Shown in pieces: positions 47,845 through 57,849 of a DNA stretch of 64,000 nucleotides. Within the stretch, counting starts at the first letter, position 1. Each line of letters starts with the position of its first letter. The position numbers and the translations under genes are program-made. Origin of the DNA: an uncultured Pseudomonadota bacterium (GTDB lineage Bacteria > Pseudomonadota > Alphaproteobacteria > JACZXZ01); assembly GCA_963749075.1 (NCBI GenBank), contig CAVVLJ010000017.1, positions 928,001 to 992,000 of the forward strand. The letters run 5' to 3'. The notes below the pieces were generated by a model. That model saw nothing but the letters and a program-made list of their open reading frames with translations, did not search any database and was not told where the DNA came from.

Positions 47845-48785
47845 TCATCGTCGGAGAGGCTCGACTTGCGCCGCACCTCGCGCGGCTCGGCGGCGACCGC
47901 GTGAAGGTCCGCGTCGTAGCGGATGCGGTGCTCGCCCGCGAGTGCCAGGAAGCGCTTCCCCTTGGCGCGGCCGATGAGCGTGAGATCGGCCTTCTTCGCG
48001 AGCTCGACGCCCCAGGCGGTGAAGCCCGAGCGCGAGACGAGGATGGGGATGCGCATCTGCACGCACTTGATCACCATCTCGCTGGTGAGCCGGCCGGTCG
48101 TGTAGAAGATCTTGCCCTCGGGCTTGACGCCGTTCATGAGCATGTAGCCGGCGATCTTGTCGATGGCGTTGTGGCGGCCCACGTCCTCCATATAGACGAG
48201 CGGGCGGTCCTCCTCGCAGAGCACGCAGCCGTGGATGGCGCCGGCCTCGAGATAGAGGCTCGGGCAGGTGTTGATCTTCTTGGCGAGCGCGTAGAGCCAG
48301 GAGGTGCGCAAGACCGCGTCCTTCGGCAGGCGCACCTCGTCGAACTTCTCCATGAGGTCGCCGAACACGGTGCCCTGGGCGCAGCCCGAGGTGCGCACCT
48401 TGCGCTTGAGCTTGGCCTCGTAGTCGGTGCGCCGCCGCGTGCGCACCACCACGAGCTCGAGCTCCTCGTCGTGCTCGATGGCGGTGATCTCGTCGTCCGG
48501 CCGCAGCATGTTCTGGTTGAGGAGATAGCCGACCGCGAGATAGTCGGGGTGGTCGCCGACCGTCATCAGGGTGACGATCTCCTGGCCGTTGAGGAAGAGC
48601 GTGAGCGGCCGCTCGACCACCACCGCCGTCTCGACCGCGTTGCCCTCCTGGTCGCGCCCCGAAACGCGCCGCGTGAGCCGAGCATCGCCCGGGTCCGGAC
48701 GCACTGCGAACTCGCCGAGTGGGGCCGCCCGCGGCGGCACCCTCGCCGCCGGCTTCGCCTTGCGCGCCGCCGCACCTTCCGCCAT
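47841..48785 (-). CDS. fdhD: Formate dehydrogenase accessory sulfurtransferase FdhD
   Basis: VERPLT, TSGCAQG, AIHGC, EDVGRHNAIDK, TGRLTSEMV. Confidence 0.9.
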   Translation of the reverse strand: MAEGAAARKAKPAARVPPRAAPLGEFAVRPDPGDARLTRRVSGRDQEGNAVETAVVVERPLTLFLNGQEIVTLMTVGDHPDYLAVGYLLNQNMLRPDDEITAIEHDEELELVVVRTRRRTDYEAKLKRKVRTSGCAQGTVFGDLMEKFDEVRLPKDAVLRTSWLYALAKKINTCPSLYLEAGAIHGCVLCEEDRPLVYMEDVGRHNAIDKIAGYMLMNGVKPEGKIFYTTGRLTSEMVIKCVQMRIPILVSRSGFTAWGVELAKKADLTLIGRAKGKRFLALAGEHRIRYDADLHAVAAEPREVRRKSSLSDDE

Positions 48786-48868
48786 TCCCTTGATCCTCAT
48801 ATCCCTTCGCTCTCAATATGCGTCGATGCGCGCGAGCGGGCAAGGCGCCCCGGCCGGGAACGCGGCAC

Positions 48869-49969
48869 TCAGGGACGGTTCGCGGCGTTCGCGATGACGT
48901 GGATGGCCGCCGGATCGATCTCCGCTGCCAGGCGAACGCCCGGTGCGAGCGCCAGCTCGCGCGCCGTGCGGCTCAGCACGTAGGCGACGAGCGGAAAGCC
49001 GCAGTCCGTCACGACGCGGACGAGCGGCCCGAGGCTGCTCACGGCGACGACAGCACCGGGCAGACGGTTGTCGGCTGCGCGGCCGCCGCTCGCCGCGGGC
49101 GCTTGCGGGTGGCTCAGTCTCACGGCCTCCGCGCGGATGCAGAGGATGGCGGTGCCGCCGGCCGAGGCGCCCTCGCCGGCCGCCGCGTGAAGCCTCCTCC
49201 CGGCCACCTGGAGAACCGCCGCCCCGTCCTCCCGGCCCAGCACCCGCGCGTCGAGGATGTTCTCGACGCGGAGGAAGTCGGCGACGAAGCGGCTGGCCGG
49301 CTTATCGAACACCTCCGCAGGCGCGCCCATCTGCACGATCTCGCCGGCGCGCATCACGCCCACCTTGTCGGCGAGCGTGATGGCGTCGACGTGATCGTGG
49401 GTGACGAAGATCGCCGGGATGCGGGCGTCGGAGATGAAGCGCTTGAGCTCCGCGCGCAACGCCTCGCCGGTGCGCGCGTCGAGCGCCGAGAAGGGCTCGT
49501 CGAAGAGAAAGACGCGCGGCCGCGTGGCGAGGCTGCGCGCGAGCGCCACGCGCTGCTTCTCGCCCGGGCTCAAGGCGGCCGGGCTGCGCCCGGACAGCGC
49601 CGCGAGCCCGAAGCGCGCGAGGAGCGCCGCCACGTCCGCCGCCCGCCGGCGCTCGCCGCGCGCGCTCAAGCCGAAGGCGACGTTCTCCGCGACGCTCAAA
49701 TGGGGAAACAGCCCGAAATTCTGGAAGATGAAGCCGACGTGGCGGCGCTCCGGCGGCTCAGCCGTCACGTCCCGCCCGCCGATCACGACGCGGCCCGCCG
49801 CCGGCCGGTGGAAGCCGGCGATGACCTCGAGGGTGACGGACTTGCCCGCCCCGTTGGGGCCGAGGATGACGGCGATCTCGCCGGCCTCGAGGGCCAGACG
49901 GAGATTGCGCAGCGCGAAGGCGCCGAGCGTCAGCGAGACGTCCTCGAGCGCCACGGCGGGAGCGCTCAC
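48869..49969 (-). CDS. wtpC: Tungstate/molybdate ABC ATPase with TOBE domain (WtpC-like)
   Basis: GPNGAGKS, LSPGEKQRVALAR, DEPFSALD, VTHD; C-terminal TOBE. Confidence 0.8.
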   Translation of the reverse strand: MSAPAVALEDVSLTLGAFALRNLRLALEAGEIAVILGPNGAGKSVTLEVIAGFHRPAAGRVVIGGRDVTAEPPERRHVGFIFQNFGLFPHLSVAENVAFGLSARGERRRAADVAALLARFGLAALSGRSPAALSPGEKQRVALARSLATRPRVFLFDEPFSALDARTGEALRAELKRFISDARIPAIFVTHDHVDAITLADKVGVMRAGEIVQMGAPAEVFDKPASRFVADFLRVENILDARVLGREDGAAVLQVAGRRLHAAAGEGASAGGTAILCIRAEAVRLSHPQAPAASGGRAADNRLPGAVVAVSSLGPLVRVVTDCGFPLVAYVLSRTARELALAPGVRLAAEIDPAAIHVIANAANRP

Positions 49970-49981
49970 GGGTGCCGCCGC

Positions 49982-50830
49982 CTAGCGGCCCACGCCGGCC
50001 GCATGCGAGCGTCCATAAGCGAGCGTGCGCAGTGCTATGAAGAGCACGAGCGCCACGACCAGCAGAATGAGCGCCATGCCCGTCGCCTCGTCGAGGCCGA
50101 AGCGGATGAAGAGCTCGTAGATCTTCACTGGCGCCGTCATCGGGTAATAGGCGAGGATCACCACCGCGCCGAACTCCGCGATGGCGCGCGCGAAGGTCAG
50201 CGTGATGCCGGTCATGATGCTGCGCCAGGCGAGCGGCAGCGTCACGCGGCGGAGCGTGCGCCAGGGGCCGAGGCCGAGCGTGCGCGCAACCTGCTCGAGC
50301 CTCGGGTCCACGGCCTCGAAGCCGATGCGCGCCGCGTTCACCGTGTAGGGGACCGAGACGAAGAGCATCGCCACCACGATGCCGGCGAGCGTGCCCCAGA
50401 AGCGGATGCCGAGCGCTCCCGCCGGCGCGCCCACCAGCCCTTGCCGCCCGAAGACGAAGAGGAGGGCGATGCCCGCCACCGTATGGGGCACCGCGAGCGG
50501 AATATCGACCACGGCCGAGACCACGGTCTTGCCCGGGAAGCTGACGCGCGCCAGCACATAGGCGAGCGGCACGCCGAAGAGTGCGGCAAAGAGCGCTGCC
50601 AGGACGGCGCCCTCGAGGCTGAGCGCTATGGCCGCGAGCGCGTCCTTGGAGGCCGCGACGCGCGCCAGGCCGGCGGCGGTCTGATTGGCGGCGAGATCGA
50701 AGAGCGGCAGCAGGATGAAGGCGAGGAGGATGCCGCCCAAGAGCCAGCTCACGAGGAAGGTGCCGTGGGCGCGCGCGGGCGAGCCGCCGCGCGCCGCCGC
50801 CACCGCCGCCGCCGCGATACCGCCCGTCAC
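49982..50830 (-). CDS. wtpB: Tungstate/molybdate ABC permease (WtpB-like)
   Basis: DIPLAVPHTVAGIAL, AMLFVSVP, ARAIAEFGAVVILAYYP. Confidence 0.8.
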   Translation of the reverse strand: MTGGIAAAAVAAARGGSPARAHGTFLVSWLLGGILLAFILLPLFDLAANQTAAGLARVAASKDALAAIALSLEGAVLAALFAALFGVPLAYVLARVSFPGKTVVSAVVDIPLAVPHTVAGIALLFVFGRQGLVGAPAGALGIRFWGTLAGIVVAMLFVSVPYTVNAARIGFEAVDPRLEQVARTLGLGPWRTLRRVTLPLAWRSIMTGITLTFARAIAEFGAVVILAYYPMTAPVKIYELFIRFGLDEATGMALILLVVALVLFIALRTLAYGRSHAAGVGR

Positions 50831-50857
50831 GCGGCACCCCCGTTGCGGTTCACGAGC

Positions 50858-51826
50858 TCAGGCGCCGGGCCACGGCTTGGCAAGCGGGCGGAGCTCGGCC
50901 GGCATCCTCTCCTCGCCCACGGCATAGGCCGGGCTGAAGGTGCCGAAGCCCCGCTCGGCCAGTATCTTGCGGCCCTCGGGCCCGAGCAGCATGGCGATGT
51001 ATTTCGCCGCCAAATCCGCATGGGGCGCACCCTTCGGGATGGTGATCGCATAGACGATGGGCTTTCCCGCGAGATCGCCGTTGCCGGTATGGGCGACGCC
51101 CGTCGCATAGAAGGCCGCATGGGCGGGGTCGCTGAGGTCGATCTCGGCCGGCAGATCGATGAGCTTGAGGTGATGCTGCAGCGCGTCCGAGCGGTAGATC
51201 GCGAGATAGTCGATCTGCCCCACCTGAAGCGCCGAGATGAGCGCGGTCTCGGTGTCGCGCATGTTGCGTAGCGGCGCGTTCGCCAGCACCGCCTGCGCCA
51301 GCCCCGCGTCGTGATAGTACTTCGAGGCGAGATCGAGCATCTGCACGGTCTGATAGCCGGAGGGATCGGTATCGGGATTGGAGCGGCCGATCTCGACGCC
51401 CGGACGCGCCAGGATCTTGTACCAGTTCTGCGCCGTGACCTCCGTCGCGTATTTGCTCTTCTCCGTATAGACGAAGGTGACCGCGTTGCGGGCAAAGCCG
51501 ATGTACCAGTCGGCATCGCCCGCGCTGCCCTTGGCGGCGAAGAGGTATTTTGGGATCACGTTGTAGTCGGCCACCGCCAGAATGTCGGCCGGCTGGTGCA
51601 GCTCGGTGATCTGCTTCGCCATCTTGACGCTGCCGCCGAACTGGGGCTGCACCTCGACGGCTGGATTGTCCTTCTCGAACGCCTCGTCGAGCGCGCGGAA
51701 GGGAACCGCAAGCGTGCCGGCGGCGAAAACGGCGAGCTTCACGGATGCCGCTTGAGCGGCCTCGGGCAACGCGATGCCGGCCAGCATCGCCGCCGCGCCG
51801 AGGAAAGAGACAAGTTCCTGCCGCAT
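50858..51826 (-). CDS. wtpA: Tungstate/molybdate-binding protein, WtpA type
   Basis: AAGTLAVPF, GSV, ADY, NWYKIL, SNPDTDPSGY, RDTET, YRSDALQH, PIVYAITIP. Confidence 0.8.
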   Translation of the reverse strand: MRQELVSFLGAAAMLAGIALPEAAQAASVKLAVFAAGTLAVPFRALDEAFEKDNPAVEVQPQFGGSVKMAKQITELHQPADILAVADYNVIPKYLFAAKGSAGDADWYIGFARNAVTFVYTEKSKYATEVTAQNWYKILARPGVEIGRSNPDTDPSGYQTVQMLDLASKYYHDAGLAQAVLANAPLRNMRDTETALISALQVGQIDYLAIYRSDALQHHLKLIDLPAEIDLSDPAHAAFYATGVAHTGNGDLAGKPIVYAITIPKGAPHADLAAKYIAMLLGPEGRKILAERGFGTFSPAYAVGEERMPAELRPLAKPWPGA

Positions 51827-51987
51827 GACATGCCCTCCCGGGTTTCTACCGCGAATCGGAGGAATTTATACTATCTTTCCGGAGGGCCGTGAATAAAGAC
51901 ACAAATTGCGTAAATTCGCCGAGTGCCACACGCCGGCCATCCCCGCGCGTAGCACCGCCGGGCGGGTCGCGGCGAAGCGGCCGGCTG

Positions 51988-52884
51988 TCACGGGCCGTTG
52001 TAGATCACGGCGCCCAGGCGCGTGATGTCGTAGCCGCCCATCTCCTCGGCGCGGGTGCGGAAGCGGGCGCCGCGGGCGAAGCCGAGCAGCGTCTGCACCG
52101 GCGGCTCGAAGTAATCGCGGCGGCGCATGGCAAGATCGTAGCGCTCGCGCGCGAGGGGCAGGAAATCGAGGCCGTACTGGCGTGCCACGGCGCGGATGGC
52201 GAGCCCGGCGTCGGCCTTGCGCTCGGCGATCGCCAGGGCGAGGTCGCTCTCCGAGAGCGCCGGTGCTGCGAGCCGTGCGAGTGCCGCGCCGTCGATGGCA
52301 TCGCGCGCGAGGAGTTGCGCGAAGAGGATGCGGCTGCCGGACTCGGGCTGCCGCTCGACCACCGTGACCTGCTTGGTGGCGAGATCGCCGAGCTGGGTGA
52401 TGGCGCGCGGATTGCCCGCCGCCAGCACGAGGCCCTGCTCGCGCCACGCCCACTCGAGGGCCACGATATCGAGCCGCGGGAGTGCCGCCTTGATGAGCGG
52501 CACGTTGTAGGCATTGCTCTCGGCGTCGAGCACGTGCATGCCGCAGAGCTGCGCCTCGCCGGCGCCAAGCCGCTTGAGGCCGTCCAGGCTGCCGCCGGCC
52601 ATGAGGGCCAGGCCGCAGCCGGACTCGCGGAGCGCCCACTCGAGGAGCGGATCGTGGCTGCCCGCCACGACCGGCGGGGCGGCCGGCGCCGCCGCGGCGA
52701 GCGGCACGCCGCCCGGCAGCGCCGTGCTCTGGGCCAGCCAGAGATCGATGAGGTGCTTGGGGAAGAGATACTTGCCCGTCACCTTGGTAAAGGGAATGCG
52801 GCCGTCGCGCACCAACTCGTAGACCTTGCGTTCCTTGACGCGCAGGTGCTCGGCCATCTCCTTGGTGTTCATCAAGTCGGGCAA
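51988..52884 (-). CDS. Excisionase-type HTH_17 plus PBP-like oxyanion-sensing transcriptional regulator
   Basis: MNTKEMAEHLRVKERKVYELV..IPFTKVTGKYLFP; AGSHDPLL, GSLDGL, REQGL, RQPESGSR, ERYDL. Confidence 0.85.
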   Translation of the reverse strand: MPDLMNTKEMAEHLRVKERKVYELVRDGRIPFTKVTGKYLFPKHLIDLWLAQSTALPGGVPLAAAAPAAPPVVAGSHDPLLEWALRESGCGLALMAGGSLDGLKRLGAGEAQLCGMHVLDAESNAYNVPLIKAALPRLDIVALEWAWREQGLVLAAGNPRAITQLGDLATKQVTVVERQPESGSRILFAQLLARDAIDGAALARLAAPALSESDLALAIAERKADAGLAIRAVARQYGLDFLPLARERYDLAMRRRDYFEPPVQTLLGFARGARFRTRAEEMGGYDITRLGAVIYNGP

Positions 52885-53050
52885 GGCTCGCCCCTCCCCT
52901 CGGCGCGTGCGGACACAAGACGGCGGCGCCGCCACCCGCCAAGGCTGCGCCGGGCACGATTTTGCCGTCGAAAAGACGCCGCAGGAAAGGCTAAGATATT
53001 GCGAGTGCAACGCATCCGCGTATCGGCGCCGGCTGCGGACAGCCGCCCCG

Positions 53051-53086
53051 ACCGGCATTTTTGACAGAACCGGCATTTTTGACAGA
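53051..53086 (+). repeat. Perfect 18-bp tandem duplication ACCGGCATTTTTGACAGA x2 in the regulator/moaA divergent promoter
   Basis: Read directly; each unit has TTGACA; the second is followed after 17 bp by TAGATA. Confidence 0.85.
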
Positions 53087-53156
53087 GTGGCAGGGGCAGC
53101 TTAGATAACGTGCGGGCGAGCCGAGGCCGCCGGGCAGGAGCGGGAAGAATAGAGGA

Positions 53157-54165
53157 ATGAGCGAGACGCCGCTGGTCGATCCCTTCGCGCGCTGCATCAC
53201 CTACCTCAGGGTATCGGTGACGGACCGCTGCGATTTCCGCTGCGTCTATTGCATGTCGGAGGATATGACCTTCCTGCCCAAGGCCGAGGTGCTGACGCTC
53301 GAGGAGCTCGAGCGCGCCAGCACCGCCTTCGTGCGCCTCGGCGTAAGCAAGCTCCGCTTGACCGGCGGGGAGCCCTTGGTGCGGCGCAACATCATGAGCC
53401 TCTTCCACCGGCTCGGCCGCCTCGTCCATGGCGGTGCGCTCAAGGAGCTCACGCTCACCACCAACGGCAGCCAGCTCGAGCGCTACGCCGCCGAGCTCTA
53501 CGACTGCGGCGTGCGCCGCGTGAACGTGTCGCTCGACACGCTCGACGCGGCGAAGTTCGCGGCGATCACGCGCTGGGGGCAGCTCGACAAGGTGCTGGCG
53601 GGGGTCGCCGCCGCGAAGGCCGCCGGCCTCAAGGTCAAGATCAACGCGGTGGCGCTCCGCGACGTGAACGACGGCGAGGCGCGCGGGCTCGTCGCCTGGG
53701 CGCACGGCGAGGGCCACGACGTCACCTTCATCGAGGTGATGCCGATGGGCGAGATCGGCAGCGCCGTGCGCCTCGACCAGTTCTTCCCGCTCTCCATGCT
53801 GCGCGCGCGGCTGGCCTCGAGCTACACGCTCGATGAGAGCGACTACCGCACCGGCGGGCCGGCGCGCTACTTCACCGTCCGCGAGACCGGCGGCCGCATC
53901 GGCTTCATCACGCCCATGACCCATAACTTCTGCGAAGTCCTGCAACCGCGTGCGCCTCACCTGCACCGGCACGCTCTTCATGTGCCTCGGCCAGCAGGAC
54001 GCTGCCGATTTGCGCACGCCCTTGCGCGCGAGCGAGGACGACGGCCTCCTCGTCTCGGCCATCCGCTCGGCGATCGCCCGCAAGCCCAAGGGCCACGACT
54101 TCGTCATCGACCGCCGCCAGCTGCGCCCGGCGGTGCCGCGCCACATGAGCGTCACCGGCGGCTGA
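53157..54165 (+). CDS. moaA: GTP 3',8-cyclase MoaA, frameshifted at about 53935 (probable sequencing error)
   Basis: [20 protein letters not shown]; removing one A restores [17 protein letters not shown] and the terminal SVTGG. Confidence 0.9.
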
Positions 54166-54182
54166 GCGGAACGGCGGCGCCC

Positions 54183-54716
54183 TCACTTGATCACGATCTG
54201 GTGGGCGAGCTGCCGGCCGTCGCTCCAGGTGATCTCGCGGAAGCCAAGCAGCTTGCAGAGATCGAAGAAGTTGAAGAGCGCGTCGATCGCATTGTCGCGG
54301 AAGTAGGGCGTGAGGCGCGCGATGGCGGTCAAGACGGCGAAGAGCGCCCGCGCCCGGTAGAGCGTGTTGAAGCCGCCGTCGGTCAGCGCCACGATGATCA
54401 GCCGGTCCGCCCGATCGCCCTTGACGAACATGGCGAAGGTCATGGGATAGTGCTGGTTCAGCATCTGCTCGGTCATGCCGGTGACGAAGGCGATGCGGCG
54501 CTCGCGCGTCGAATCGACGAGGGTCGTCGCGGGCGAGCGGTAGATCTCGTGCGTCTGGGGCGGCGGATAGTAGTAGTCGGCGCCGCGGTCGTCGCCGGGC
54601 TCCGCCGCGGTCCCGGGTGCGGGCGCCTTCTCCTCGACGGGTGCCGCCGCGGCACTCCCTGAGAGTGCCGCCGCCAGCAGCCCCGCCGCCAAAACCTGCG
54701 CAACACGGCACGCCAT
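54183..54716 (-). CDS. Exported hypothetical protein
   Basis: Signal peptide; [28 protein letters not shown]. Confidence 0.75.
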   Translation of the reverse strand: MACRVAQVLAAGLLAAALSGSAAAAPVEEKAPAPGTAAEPGDDRGADYYYPPPQTHEIYRSPATTLVDSTRERRIAFVTGMTEQMLNQHYPMTFAMFVKGDRADRLIIVALTDGGFNTLYRARALFAVLTAIARLTPYFRDNAIDALFNFFDLCKLLGFREITWSDGRQLAHQIVIK

Positions 54717-54839
54717 GACGCCCCCCTTCGGCCACCCCAGGCGCGCCAAAATGGGCCGGGCCGCCGGTCCTGACAAGCCCCTATGGCGGCAAGCGCCACC
54801 GCCTCGCTATACTCCGCCGTCGTCCGCTCTGGAGAATCC

Positions 54840-55610
54840 ATGGCTGCCCGGCCGAAGCTCGCCTTCCTCGCCTCCGACACGGAGAAGGCCCAGGACGCCT
54901 TGCGGCGGCTTGCGGCACGCTACGGCAATGCGCCGATCGAGAAGGCCGCGGCCATCGTGCCGCTCGGCGGCGACGGCTTCATGCTCGAATCCCTTCACCG
55001 CTACATGGAGCTGGAGAAGCCGCTCTTCGGCATGCAGCGCGGCTCGGTCGGCTTCCTCATGAACGCCTACCGCGAGGACGATCTGCCCCGCCGCGTGGCC
55101 AAGGCCCAAGGCTACCGGCTGCATCCGTTGCGCATGAGGGTGCGCACGATCGGCGGCGGCCGCATCGAGGCGCTCGCCATCAACGAGGTGGCGCTGCTGC
55201 GGGAGACGCGCCAGAGTGCGAAGATCCGCATCGAGATCGACGGCGTCACGCGCCTCGACGAGCTCATCTGCGACGGCATCATGGTGGCGACCCCCGCCGG
55301 CAGCACCGCCTACAACCTCTCGGCGCACGGCCCCATCATCCCGCTCGGCTCGCCGGTCTTGGCCATGACGCCGATCTGCGCCTTCCGGCCGCGGCGCTGG
55401 CGCGGTGCGCTCCTCCCCCATTCCGCCATGGTCAGGTTCCGCGTGCTCGAGCCCGAGAAGCGGCCGGTGAGCGCGGTCGCCGACTATACCGAGGCGCGCG
55501 ACGTGGTCGAGGTGGAGGTGGCCGAGGCGCGAAAAGTCAGCTTGACTCTGCTCTTCGACCCCGAGCACAACCTCGAGGAGCGCATTCTCAAGGAGCAGTT
55601 CGGCATCTAG
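54840..55610 (+). CDS. nadK: NAD kinase
   Basis: [35 protein letters not shown]. Confidence 0.93.
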   Translation: MAARPKLAFLASDTEKAQDALRRLAARYGNAPIEKAAAIVPLGGDGFMLESLHRYMELEKPLFGMQRGSVGFLMNAYREDDLPRRVAKAQGYRLHPLRMRVRTIGGGRIEALAINEVALLRETRQSAKIRIEIDGVTRLDELICDGIMVATPAGSTAYNLSAHGPIIPLGSPVLAMTPICAFRPRRWRGALLPHSAMVRFRVLEPEKRPVSAVADYTEARDVVEVEVAEARKVSLTLLFDPEHNLEERILKEQFGI

Positions 55611-55633
55611 CCGCGACAGGCATCGCAGACAGC

Positions 55634-56800
55634 ATGAGCAGCCCCCGCCTCAAGAGCCGCGAATGGATCGAGCGGCTCATTGCCTTCCCGACCGTGAGCC
55701 GTGAGTCCAACCTCGCCCTCATCCAATGCGTGCGCGATTACTTGGCCGGCCACGGCATCGCAGCCCTCCTCGTCCCCGACGAGAGCGGCAAGAAGGCCAA
55801 TCTCTATGCCACGCTCGGGCCCACGGACCGGCCGGGCATCATGCTCTCGGGCCACACCGACGTGGTGCCCGTCGACGGCCAGGACTGGACGAGCGACCCC
55901 TTCACGCTCGCCGAGCGCGGCGGCCGGCTCTACGGCCGCGGCGCGAGCGACATGAAGTCCTTCATCGCCGCCGTCCTCGCCTTCGTGCCCGTCTTCCTCG
56001 CGCGCAAGCTCGCGACGCCCATCCATCTCGCCTTCTCCTACGACGAGGAGGTCGGCTGCCTCGGCGTGCGCCGCCTCATCGCCGAGATGGCGGCGATGCC
56101 GGTGCGCCCCGCCGTCTGCATCGTGGGCGAGCCCTCCCTCATGCAGGTGGTGCGCGGGCACAAGGGAAAGCTCGGCTGCCGCTGCCACGTGCGCGGCCTC
56201 GAGTCCCACTCGGCGCTCACCCACCGCGGCGTCAATGCCGTCGAGATCGCCGCCGAGATCATCGGCTACCTGCGGCGCGTCAAGCAGCGCATCCGTACTG
56301 CCGGCCCCTTCGACGAGGGCTACGACCCGCCCTACACCACGGTGCACACCGGCGTCGTGCGCGGCGGCACCCAGCTCAACATCGTGCCGCGCGACTGCAG
56401 CTTCGATTTCGAGTTCCGCACGCTGCCGTCCGAGGACCCCCATCTCCTCTTCGCGGAGGTGCAGAGCTTCGCCGAGCGCGAGCTCTTGCCCGAGATGCGC
56501 GCGGTGAGCGCCAAGACCGGCATCCGCTGGGAGGTGCTCTCCGACGCGCCGGGCCTCGACACCAGCGAGGACGCGGCGGTGACGCGCTTGGCCAAGCAGC
56601 TCACCGGTGCCAACAGCACGGGCAAGGTCTCCTTCGGCAGCGAGGGCGGGCTGTTCTCGGAAGCGCATATCCCGACCGTCATCTGCGGCCCGGGCTCGAT
56701 CGAGCAGGCGCACAAGCCCGACGAGTGGGTGACGCTCGACGAGATCGCGCGCTGCGAGGCCTTCATGGCGCGCCTCGCCGAGCACGCGGCCGCGCGGTGA
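55634..56800 (+). CDS. argE: Acetylornithine deacetylase (M20)
   Basis: SGHTDVVP, GRGASDMK, SYDEEVGC, GEP, AHKPDE. Confidence 0.9.
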   Translation: MSSPRLKSREWIERLIAFPTVSRESNLALIQCVRDYLAGHGIAALLVPDESGKKANLYATLGPTDRPGIMLSGHTDVVPVDGQDWTSDPFTLAERGGRLYGRGASDMKSFIAAVLAFVPVFLARKLATPIHLAFSYDEEVGCLGVRRLIAEMAAMPVRPAVCIVGEPSLMQVVRGHKGKLGCRCHVRGLESHSALTHRGVNAVEIAAEIIGYLRRVKQRIRTAGPFDEGYDPPYTTVHTGVVRGGTQLNIVPRDCSFDFEFRTLPSEDPHLLFAEVQSFAERELLPEMRAVSAKTGIRWEVLSDAPGLDTSEDAAVTRLAKQLTGANSTGKVSFGSEGGLFSEAHIPTVICGPGSIEQAHKPDEWVTLDEIARCEAFMARLAEHAAAR

Positions 56801-56826
56801 TCTCAGGACCTGGGGCCGGCCCCGGC

Positions 56827-57849
56827 ATGACCGCAAGCGGCGCGCTCCACCCGCCCGAGATCGAGCGCTGGCGCGAGGGCAACCTCGGGGTCGCCTTCGC
56901 CCACCGCCGCGAGGCCGCAGCACCCGGCCCCCACCTTCTGGTCACTGCGCTCATGCACGGCAACGAGGCCTGCGGTGCGGTGGCACTCGACCGTCTTCTC
57001 GCCTCCGCCTTCATCCCGCGGCGCGGCACGCTCACCCTCGCCTTCGCCAATCTCGCGGCCTTCGCCCACATCGACCCCGAGCAGCCGGACCGCGGCCGCT
57101 TCGTCGATGAGGACATGAACCGCCTGTGGTCGCCCAAGAGGCTCGACGGACCCGAGCGCTCGGTCGAGCTCGCGCGCGCGCGGCTCTTAAGACCGCTCGC
57201 GGACGCCGCCGACTATCTCCTCGACCTCCACTCCATGACCGAGGGCGACATCCCCTTGGCGCTGGCGGGCACGGCGGCCAAGGGCATGCGGCTGGCAGAG
57301 CGCGTGGGCTACCCCGCCGTGGTGGTCGCCGACCCCGGCCATGCGGGCGGCGTGCGCCTGCGCGATTACGGCGCCTTCGGGGCCCCGCGGGGCACTAAGG
57401 CGGCCCTCCTCGTCGAGTGCGGCCAGCACTTCGACGCGCGGAGTGCTGCCGTCGCCTGGGAGACGCTGCTGCGCTTCCTCGCCGCCTTCGACATGCTCGA
57501 TCCCGCCTCTGCCGGAGCCGAGCTCGCCGTAGCACCGCCGCCGCCCCAGCGCTTCATCGAGGTGACCCACGTCGTCACCATCGAGACGGAGCGCTTCGCC
57601 TTCGCAGCTCCGTGCCGCACGCTCGAGCCGATCGCCAAGGCCGGCACGCTTCTCGCGCGCGACGGCGGGCGCGAGGTCGTGACACCCTACGACGACTGCG
57701 TGCCGATCATGCCGGCCAAGAAGCTCAAGCGCGGCCTCACCGCGGTGCGCCTCGGGCGCCTCGTCGCACCGCTCGGCCTGCAAACTTCTCGCTCCTCTCC
57801 TCCTTCAGGAGGAGAGGAAGGGGCCCATCCCGAAGGGATGGGAAGGTGA
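56827..57849 (+). CDS. Succinylglutamate desuccinylase/aspartoacylase (M14) family protein
   Basis: HGNE, DMNRLW, LDLHS, VECGQH. Confidence 0.85.
   Translation: MTASGALHPPEIERWREGNLGVAFAHRREAAAPGPHLLVTALMHGNEACGAVALDRLLASAFIPRRGTLTLAFANLAAFAHIDPEQPDRGRFVDEDMNRLWSPKRLDGPERSVELARARLLRPLADAADYLLDLHSMTEGDIPLALAGTAAKGMRLAERVGYPAVVVADPGHAGGVRLRDYGAFGAPRGTKAALLVECGQHFDARSAAVAWETLLRFLAAFDMLDPASAGAELAVAPPPPQRFIEVTHVVTIETERFAFAAPCRTLEPIAKAGTLLARDGGREVVTPYDDCVPIMPAKKLKRGLTAVRLGRLVAPLGLQTSRSSPPSGGEEGAHPEGMGR

Noticed and set aside
51988-52884. Excisionase marking a prophage or integrative element
   Set aside because: The HTH_17 is fused to a PBP sensor domain in a Moco cluster; no integrase or phage genes nearby
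52885-53156. Moco/Wco riboswitch or ModE box upstream of moaA
   Set aside because: No recognisable consensus by eye; needs an Rfam scan
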